From assembly GCF_964355755.1 (NCBI RefSeq), contig NC_092680.1:6758001-6822000 (forward strand): DNA of 64,000 bases, read 5' to 3'. Below the pieces are notes generated by a model. That model was not told the origin of the DNA. It searched no databases and saw only the letters and a program-made list of their open reading frames with translations. Positions 1 through 9,800 of this stretch are shown here, piece by piece. The DNA is from Antedon mediterranea. Lineage: Eukaryota > Animalia > Echinodermata. The position numbers and the translations under genes were made by a program. Position 1 is the first letter of the stretch. Every line of letters begins with the position of its first letter.

Positions 1-531
1 ATATTTCCCCACTTTGACTTTTGCTTGGGCTTTTCAATGTGGAGAATGCAAACGTTGGACGATTTCATCTGAGTTTCAGCACTACTTTCAAGAGTCTGAT
101 CTGGGTCCGTAAAGCTTTCCATTACAATTTGATGTCTTCACGCACAACATAAACATATAGCAATTATAATACTGAGAAAAGATGATCCTGTTGTGTTAAC
201 TCTACTAATCTATACTATAGAGTAAAATTAGCAAATGGTAATGTTGGTTCAATGATTTTGAAATAATGGAATAGCACATGGGGATGGAATTCCTGCTGGA
301 CACCCAAGCCTAGATAGATGTATCCATGGAGACAAATTCCTGTATCTGATATATTCCAGAGACATTCACTTAAACAATAAGATAAAATATGATGATGCAA
401 AGGACCTGTCCTAATTCCAGACAGCCCACAAATCACATTTGGTTTTGGATCTGAATATATCAGAGAATACTCTATTTGATATTTTACCCATTCTTAAGTG
501 AACTAATGTTCTTTGAGTATGTTCATAATTT

Positions 532-1270
532 CTCAAAATGTTAATTAAATGTCTAATTAGCACTAATTAAGTGCATTCTTAAGTTAATTTAGCACAGGAA
601 TGGTCACTTAAGAATTATGGATCTTGGTTTCTGATAGGTCAGAGAACATTTTAGAATTGGTGTGGTCGATATTCTAATTAAATTTGAATTTTAATTATTT
701 TAACCTTTGACCCATTCTTAAGTGGATTTGGCCCCGGATTTCAAACTTAAGAATGATGAATCCTTAATCAGTATGTTCATAAGTATATGTCATGTGAATT
801 TCGTTGATGTACTCAAAATGCTAATTAAATGTCTAATTAGCACTAATTAAGTGCGTTCTTAAGTTAATTTAGCACAGGAATGGTCACATAAGAATTATGG
901 ATCTTGGTTCCTGATAGGTCAGAGAACATTTTAGAATTGGTTTGGTCGATGTACTCGATATGCTAATTAAATTTGAATTTTAATTATTTTAACCTTTGAC
1001 CCATTCTTAAGTGGATTTGGCCCCGGATTTCAAACTTAAGAATGATGAATCCTTAATCAGTATGTTCATAAGTATATGTCATGTGAATTTCGTTGATGTA
1101 CTCAAAATGCTAATTAAATGTCTAATTACTGTAGCACTAATTAAGTGCGTTCTTAAGTTAATTTAGCACAGGAATGGTCACTTAAGAATTATGGATCTTG
1201 ATTCCTGATAGTTAGGAGAACATTTTAGGATTGGTTTGATCGATGTACTCGATATGCTAATTAAATTCAA
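532..1270. repeat. Tandem repeat, about 2.6 copies of a 280-289 bp unit rich in CTTAAG/TAATTA, probably internal to a non-autonomous transposon ending near 1447
   Basis: Units start ctcaaaatg at 532, 812 and 1101 and are nearly identical. Confidence 0.85.
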
Positions 1271-2112
1271 TTTTAGGGGTCATTTGGGTGGTTCCCCCCT
1301 AAAATTGAACAGGACCCGTCACTTAAGAATTGCCATTTCTGGGTCACATAGACCATATCTACACACTCCACACCTCAAACCTTTTGTACTCAAATTGCTA
1401 ATTAAAACCTTCTGGGCTCCCAGACTATTTCTTTGGGCTATGTCCAAGAACGCTTGGGTGCACACGGAACAACAACTGCGATACGATTCTTTCTACAATA
1501 ATAGGCCTAGGATTCTAGGTCAATTCACGTGATTGCCTTCGCGCACTCTTCTTCACACACACGTCCACTATGCAAAATGTGTCGAGGCTAATCGACAGCT
1601 AGGCAAAACATTAAACTAAGTAGTAATTGGACATAGCCCAAAGACACAAGTCACACACACCCACACAGCTACTACTAGAATATACAGGGGTTTAGAGACT
1701 AGTAATTAGGCCTAATAGTATCAATAGAAACTATAATTTTAACACGTAATTCTTTAGTAATAAACTATATTAAAAACACCATAAACTAAAGGCTGATTAT
1801 TTCGACAATCCACACAAAACTCCGCTATTCTATTATGAAATCAGCGGAGATAGGCCTAGAATCGTACCGCACTTCTTGTTGCTATACGCTTGGGTGCACA
1901 CGGAACAAGAAAATTTAACTGATGAATTATTCATGTTTATTCTGTGACGTTTCATGATGGGGTCCCCAACTTATGTACGAAAAAAAAAATCGCTGCCGGG
2001 GCATCGAGCTTGGTCGGTCACTCTCCGTGTTCTGTGTGCCAGTGGTGGCTGCTGCTTTCCCTTTTCGTCGGCTGCTTTGCGGTCGAAGTCTGGTCCACTG
2101 GCCGGCTCCTCC

Positions 2113-2677
2113 TCATCCCGACAACCACTCCTTTACCACATATTTACCAAACGAGGCGACGAGGCTCACCACACGATGCCAGTGTATTATGAGGGCCGCC
2201 GACGAGTGACTGATAGCCGGAGCTATCGTGAGAGGCGGCGCGGGCCTCTTTCCCCTACTAATCACACCCATGATATGCCATCATCTGGATAGCACCACGA
2301 GTTTTCCTATCTATTGGTAATACGTCGGTGCTATCACCCATCATTTCCTGGACGTTTAGGTTCCGTCTGATGTCTTCCGGTGTCCTCCCTTCTCCGTGTG
2401 CCCGTCATTGCACTCGAGCCCTCCTCGGGTGCTCCGCTCTTGTGTGGTTTGAAGCAAGCCGGAGCATGCGTCCTTATCACGTGGGCCCGCATATTGTCCA
2501 CTCTGGGCCGGGGACCGCATTCCAGAGGGCATGACGTCTTCCGCACGGCCGGGGTATCGCCACCGGGCAAGCCTCTCCCTTCTCCCCAGCCACTGCGGAC
2601 TCCTTTGGACTGGCCAGGAGCACCTCTTCCTCCATCTGTGGCGTGGAGGTCAAAAAGTATTAGCTGATGATCCATAT
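2113..2677 (-). pseudogene. Degenerate GC-rich coding-like fragment (C2H2-like CPLEC..NMRAHVIRTHAP plus a frameshifted ..AALIIHWHRVVSL segment), divergent from CDK7
   Basis: ORF 2334..2675 with a C-x3-C..H-x4-H pattern, second frame 2271..2113, acceptor-like ttctcttcttcctaag just before the ATG. Confidence 0.3.
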
Positions 2678-2927
2678 CTTAGGAAGAAGAGAACATAAAC
2701 GTTAGTACTTAATTGCTAACTCAGGACTTGCAGTTCGCACATCGATACAGATCGATGTCGTCCAAGGCCTCAGATGGTGCAATATTTTCACACATTCCCC
2801 GTGATACAACACATTGCAATAGTCACATTGTATCATAAACCGGCCCAGGGCTGGCGACATAAACAATACAACGGTCCCGCACCATCATCTGTAGAGGTGA
2901 AGAAAAAGTAGGTAAATTAGCCATTTA

Positions 2928-3512
2928 AGCGTGGTGGTTCCCACTACCGACGCAACACAAGGATGTAACGCAACGCAAGTGAATTGACCAATCACAAGCG
3001 ATGGCTTATTCGCTTGTTATTGCTAACTGTCTATAACTTCGCTTGTCATTGGTTAAAACGCTTGCGTTGCGTTTCCGTCCTTGCGTTACGTTCTAGTATA
3101 TAGTGGGAACCAAGCTTTAAGCGTGGTTCGTTCCCACTAGCGACGACGCAGCGCAACACAAGGACGTAACGCAACGCAAGTGAATTGACCAATCACAAGC
3201 GATGGCTTATTCGCTTGTTATTGCTAACTGTCTATAACTTTGCTTGTCATTGGCTAAAACGCTTGCGTTGCGTTTACGTCCTTGCGTTACGTTCTAAAGC
3301 GTGGTTCCCACTAGCGACGCAACGCAAGGACGTAACGCAAAGCAAGTGAATTGACCAATCACAGGCGATGGCTTATTCGCTTGTGATTGCAAACTGTCTA
3401 TAACTTCGCTTGTGATTGGTCAATTCACTTGCGTTGCGTTACGTCCTTGTGTTGCGTCGCTAGTGGGAACCACGCTTTAAGCTTGGTTCCCCTAGAACGT
3501 AACGCAAGGACC
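2928..3512. mobile_element. Array of palindromic PIF/Harbinger-type MITEs (2928-3116, 3120-3296, 3298-3476, partial inverted copy 3480-3512)
   Basis: TIR AGC(G/T)TGGTTCCCACTAG, TTA/TAA at the junctions between and around copies; same family at 60296-60575. Confidence 0.85.
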
Positions 3513-3830
3513 GGTTCAGTTCGGGCGGCGTCGAGGTCCCACGTTAACATTTGCATACCCCGTGTATGCAAATCAAGCTAGTATCGGGATGTCGCCCTCG
3601 TTCGGCTTACACGCAAAACTAAAAATATAAATTTTTAACAACATGGGAATATTAGGCCTTATATTGGGTCATTTTGGATGTAGAATACGTTTTACAAGCA
3701 TACAACCGTCGTCGGTGGCGCTATTTATTGCCATATTTTGTGGATTTGTCATTATTCGCCAAATCTGTCATATTTGAGATTAAATTTTATAGCTGGCAAC
3801 GCTGCCTCAGCAACAACATGGCGGCTTCCA
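3513..3830 (+). promoter_or_regulatory. CDK7 proximal promoter/5'UTR (CpG-rich; YY1-like caacATGGCGGC over the start codon)
   Basis: CpG-rich relative to the gene body, directly upstream of exon 1; TSS not determinable. Confidence 0.45.
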
Positions 3831-3889
3831 TGCGCGGTGTGGATCGTTCAGATCGCTACGAAAAAATTAAATTTCTCGGAGAAGGGCAG
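3818..3889 (+). CDS. CDK7: CDK7 coding exon 1 ([24 protein letters not shown])
   Basis: ATG in caacATGg context, Gly-rich loop start, donor CAG/gtaaag at 3890. Confidence 0.93.
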
Positions 3890-6800
3890 GTAAAGTTGTA
3901 AAGCAAAGTAGTGAAATTATTATTATTTTTTAAATACAATTAGCTCTCTATAAAAATATATAACTAAGGCTAACCTCTATATAGCTAGGCCTAATGGTGT
4001 GCCTTTTTAGCCAGCCGCGGGCAGCAATCAGCAGACGGAAGGACCCCTACTAGCCCTTTAGGCCTAGGAAGGGCCTAAGTAACTAGGCCTAGCTAGGGCC
4101 GGACTATGAGGAGGATACGTCAGGCCAAGTGTTATAACGCCAATTTAGATGGAAAATTTATACTTGTAATTTTATTACTGAATTCAATGGGATTATGAGG
4201 AAATTAAAAATAGCCTAGGCCTAGGCCTATTCAGTATTCTATTATAGTAGTAGGCCTAGCTAGCCTAGGCCTAGTTAGTATAAACTATAGTATAGAAGGT
4301 ATCGGATCATCTCGGTCGCGTTTCATTTCGGTCGCGCTTCCGCCGGTAAATCGAACTTCCGGCGATTTCTATGGAACGCCGATCAATGCAGTACTGTACA
4401 CTGTAGCTCTAATTAAAGATCGAAGTGTAGTCTCTATTATTTTTTATGTGTTTATTTAAAAATGATTTTATATAATAATCATTATATTTAAATAAATATT
4501 GTAAAAACAGTATGTTATTAATATTAGTTTAACTTTTTTTTAAATGTTTTTATAAGCATTATATTTTGATATATTTTGTAAATATTCTATTTGTTTCTGA
4601 CGGGATAAATAACATACAAACTCACTTTAAACTTTTGTCAATGATCATTCAATCTTTTTATTTTTAAAACAAAAACATATACACAAATATTTACATATAT
4701 TTAAAAACAAAACATAGATACGTTAATGTAATGCAAAACAAACTCGTTTCACACTGTTTTTCAATTCAATCCTTTTATTTTTAAAACAAAAACGCATATA
4801 CAAATGTTTACATTCATCATTCAAATTGAAACCTTTTTATTTACAATACATCTACAAACGTTATTTAATTTATCTATGTATTAATATTTTATTCATTAAC
4901 AATGTTTACCTCTATTTACATCTACAGACGTTATTTAATTTATCTATTTATTTAATCTTTTATTTATTAGCAATATTTACATCTATCTCATCTACAAATC
5001 GCGAACATCATTTGATATAACGCGCGATCCAGCGTAAGGAGCGATCTCTCTGATCGTTGGCCTGCGCGATACTCGTCCCAGAGGCGTAAGAGCGTTCTAG
5101 TTGCACGTCGGTAAGCTTGTCGCTGAAGCCGGTCAACATCTTCGCGATGAACTAATTCCATTGTGATGTGAACATTCTGACTCTCTTCATGCAGCAGCCC
5201 GATTAAGAGGTAGAGTTGAAGTTTTGCTGAAATAACAAAAATAACGATATACTATAATTATCATGAGCAAGTTAAAATGGACCTGAAATGGATTTTCGAT
5301 TTTTTTCATTTTAGAATGATGTTTTGGGGGCTATTAGGTGTTGCTAGAATGTATATTGTTACAAAATATAAATTGGCCCTTTTGGGGAAAGCCCCATTTG
5401 AAAATCAAAAAAATTCGCGGGTGACGTCACTTTGCGAATATATTCCTATCCCTCCAATGGAAAATTTGCAGTTTTTTGGCTATAACTCTTGAAATCTATA
5501 GAGTATTTTCTAAAAAATGCTTGTGCATTTGCAGAAACGTATTTAGAATTTTTTTAGATAAAATTATTACCGTATAAACGGTTATTCATCGAGTAAATGA
5601 CGATTTAAAATCTTAAAATCAACGGTTTTTTTCTGGCAATACCGAAGTTGGCCTGGCAACGTTGTCCGGGATACAGCTCCGTGCGCAATGATGCGTATCC
5701 ATATTTTCCGTTCGTGTATTTTGTATATCGTTCGTAATTTATACAGTACTGCTAAAATTTGTTAGTTTCTTTAGTTTTTAGTTTAGCAGAATTAAATTAG
5801 TAATATGAGATGATAATTTATTTTTCACGAATCAGGCAGTTCGAAAACGAATTTTATTCTTATTTTACTTTGGCTTGACAATGAGCGCAGCAAGTTGTTG
5901 ATATCGCTTTGGTCCTTGGATACACATGAAACGGAGCCTCGCCGCATGAATGGGTGGTGGATCGACTCCGCGCTCTGGATTATTGGGGGCCTAGGCCTAG
6001 TAAAGGTTTGGGAGGTAGGCCTTCTAAATTCGGGTTTTAGAACAAACGAAGTACATTTTAGGGACCTATATTTCAACAACATTAGATATTGAATAAATTA
6101 GTATTAGTGTCAACGCTTCGCGTATCTTTCCAGGCCGTCGATCATTCACTGACTATCGGGCGGCATACACGCTCTCGATATCATCGTATGTATATGTGAC
6201 GTCGTGAATATAGAGGCTTCCGACGGCCGTTGAAATAGAATATTGCAATGGCGTGAGTAATTTTCGCTAATTTACCATGGTATCTTAAAATTTCGTTTTC
6301 ACTCAAAATACTTTACATTTTGTTTTTATTTGTGTGGGTTTGTGTTAATTTGATACATTTAAATAACATGTGTGAATTTCTTGAAAATCGAAATTCCATT
6401 TCAGGTCCATTTTAACAACATAATACATAATATTATAATTGAAAAGTAATTTTCTTACCACGTCGTCCTTTTCGATTCAGTCTGTTGTGATACGGGTGTC
6501 TCGAAAACAGAGACCTCGAAAACAGAGACCAGAGACCCGAGACCCAGGGTCTCTGTTTTCGAGAAAATCTCGAAAACAGAGACCCCCACTAAAACGTCTA
6601 AATAATACGTTATATAGGCGGTCTCTGTTTAACAGAGACCCCCACTAAAGCGTCTCAATATTACATTATATAGGGGGTCTCTATTTTCGAGAAAAACTCG
6701 AAAACAGAGACCCCCTATAACGTATTATTTAGACGTTTTAGTGGGGGTGGAGTCCCCACTAAAACGTCTCAAGAATGACGTATCAGTAATAAACGGTAAC

Positions 6801-9800
6801 TGATATGCCGATCAAAGAACATGCCGCAACGATAAGAAGAGATTGATGAATTCTTGAACGCGTGTGAAAAGACTGTCATTTTGGAATACAAGGTCGACGT
6901 CCTAGAAGTAAGATGTATAAATGCATGCGGTGCCTTTTAGAAGCTAAAAAGCGGGAGATTATTTAAAAAGCTGACACTAGTTTCGTAACATTTATTTACA
7001 AGCATAAAAGATAATAACGTACAATGCAATAACAAAATGATATGAGGTCAGACTTTGAGGCAGACTGGAGGATGAAGACAAATATATTGTGTTGGGCGAG
7101 CCTTAAAAAAGAAATGAATTAAAAAAAAATTAAAAAATTGATAAATAAATAAACATAAATTCACGATTTTTGCGATAAAAGTTGGGTGTTCCCATTTTAC
7201 TCATTCATAATTATTAACATATTGGAGTCGTCTTCGTAAGCTACTTGTTGTGTCCTTAAATATAGATAAAAATCGTTACAAATGCAAACAGGTTTATAAA
7301 TTCGAACTGCTACACGTACCGAGTGCTGAAAGAGAGTTAAATCGGACAGTTAAGTCTCAATCCTACAATAGCATCCATTTTCGTATGCTTTATGCATAAT
7401 TGACGCGCCATACACCACGATCGATATTGTTGAAAATTGACCTTAATTGACACGCGACCGAAATGAAACGCGACCGCGATGATCGTAATTCGTATAGAAT
7501 AGGCTAGGCCTGCCTAGCTATTATATTATTAATAATGAATAATGTTATTATTAATAGCACTAGGTATACTAACTACCCTAGGGCCTAAATAAAAGTTTAT
7601 TTTAAGTTACAAAAGCTAGATAACAACAATCATTGTGAAACTATGCTGCGTAGTAGGCCTAGACAAATCTAACACTTTTTGTTATTTGGCCATTATTTAA
7701 TTGTCATAATCTTCACCCTTTTTACTCATTTTTTAATGAATTATTTCTTCTTTTTTTTAAAGTTTGCTACAGTATACAAAGCCCGAGATGTAGAAACAGA
7801 CAATATAGTTGCTGTTAAAAAAGTATGTTTTATATAAATAAAATTAATAAAATGCGGGAGAATATCCTGTGACTTGTAGCCTTCTGATCTGAATTACGCA
7901 CAAGTGTGGATGACAAATACAACAACTTCTTCATCCCCCAGCCCTCAAGTTTCTTTTTGTGTCATACAATGCCACCAAACTGCACCATTCATTTGTTCAT
8001 AGTTGATGATAAGAACTGAGATGGAGAAGTACAGTACACCGGGCTAACCTTTCTCAAAACTGTTCTTTGAAACACACAAGCCAGACAAACCTCTGGTTTC
8101 TAATCTAAGTCCTTATCCGAGAAGAATTCTTCTACCACAAGAACTATGGTCAAGAAGAGCCTTGAACTTGTGCCGAATTTATGATTTGGGGCACACCTAC
8201 TTTTACCGCTCGAACAATTTGTTTCAGTTTAGTTGAGGAAAGTTACCTTTATTCATAAAATTCATTATTAAACTAGAAGGGCACACAGAGAGTGCAAACC
8301 TTTGCCTAGGCATATGAAAATGTAATGACGTGTTCCCATACAGCTATGAAACCATCCTTTAAAATCATATGAAAATCGGTTAATAACTTTTTGAGTAATC
8401 CTGGTAACTAACAGATATAGACAGAAACAAACGCCATTCTGGCGGAAGTTTTTAAGTTGTCTGATTTGCCATACTGTACACTGAGAGTTAAATCTTTTGT
8501 TCAATATTATTACACAGATTAAATTAGGTCATAGGTCAGAAGCAAAAGATGGAGTGAACCGAACAGCTCTAAGAGAAATTAAACTTCTACAAGAACTGCA
8601 TCATGAAAACATTATTGGTGTAAGTAATTGCCAATTTAGATTTTATGCATGAGATGATAACTTTAATATAAGTATATTGGCATGTTTTTCAGAATCAATT
8701 TCAAAACACTTTACCTGCAATTTTGTCGTTTTGTAAAAATTATGTATGTAATAAATATTACTTTAAAAAAATTAAATTGCTAAAAAAATGTGGTGCTTTT
8801 ATTTGTTTTCCTTTAACTATTGATCAAAAGTAGGTGCATCACACTAAGCAAAACTAAAATATCAATCTATCTGCGTGCTGCATGCTGGTATTTATAGCGG
8901 GCAACTTAAATTATTTGAATCGGCTTACACATTTTTAAGATTTAAATATGAAAACAATTATCACAATATGCCTACAATAGTATTTGATTTTACATAAAAT
9001 GCAGTTTGTTTGATCTTAAAGTAGATGGAAAAAACGTAGAGAACGTGTTTTTAACCAAGGCTATCTAACAACAGGATGATGAGCTCCTGAAATCTAAGGG
9101 TTTATCTGTGGCTGCAACACGATCAGTTCCATGCCCCTTAACAGACACTGCTCACCACAGAGAATATGTACATAGTACAGTACTGTTGGTAATTGTCACT
9201 GCCAGAAATCTGTTGATAGATTTCCTTGGTTCAACAAATTTGTTCAGTTAAATTTATTAGATAATTTCAAATGTGTATGTTATTTTGCGTAATTTTATTT
9301 TACAGCTTGTAGATGTGTTTGGACACAAGTCTAATATAAGTCTTGTAATGGATTTCATGGATGTAGATTTAGAGGTAAGTGAATAAAGCTCTGTCTACAC
9401 TATCATACAAAATGTAATGTGCCCATATTTGGACATATCACTACCATATTTGGGCACATCACACTTTTTTGTCAAACTAGTTTGATAGTGTGGGCAGAGC
9501 TTAAGGTGAAATTAATTAATTATTGAAAGTAAAAAAAAGCAAAGTAGTTTTCTTGGCCTATATTTTCAGTTTTTTTGCACATTCTTCTTCAATTCAGGAG
9601 ATTCTTGTGTTATAAGTTCTTTGGTATTCATTACCATTAATGATTACTTAATTATTTATCACATGCTGTTTGGTATTAGTTGTACCAGGGAAGAGTTAAA
9701 TTACTATTATTACAGTAATTTCACTCTTTCCTGGTTCTATTGTTCAAAAGGAAATGATAATAAAATATAATGATGATGATAAATGAACTGAACATTCAGC

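Larger units (their letters stand above)
4298..7491 (-). mobile_element. Internally deleted Mutator-like (MULE) DNA transposon in CDK7 intron 1
   Basis: 8-bp TSD GTATAGAA (4290-4297, 7492-7499), about 32-bp subterminal inverted repeat gatcatc(t/g)cggtcgcgtttcatttcggtcgcg, G..C termini, MULE-type transposase remnants inside. Confidence 0.85.

Noticed and set aside
250-470. Possible transposase C-terminal remnant next to the tandem repeat
   Set aside because: Only vague K-x-x-D-L / L-I-P resemblance with stops and shifts; cannot be supported without a search
1944-2667. Overlapping plus-strand ORFs (1944, 1954, 1973, 2328, 2380)
   Set aside because: Expected in a GC-rich patch with few stops; no recognisable motifs. 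The minus strand is the better candidate.
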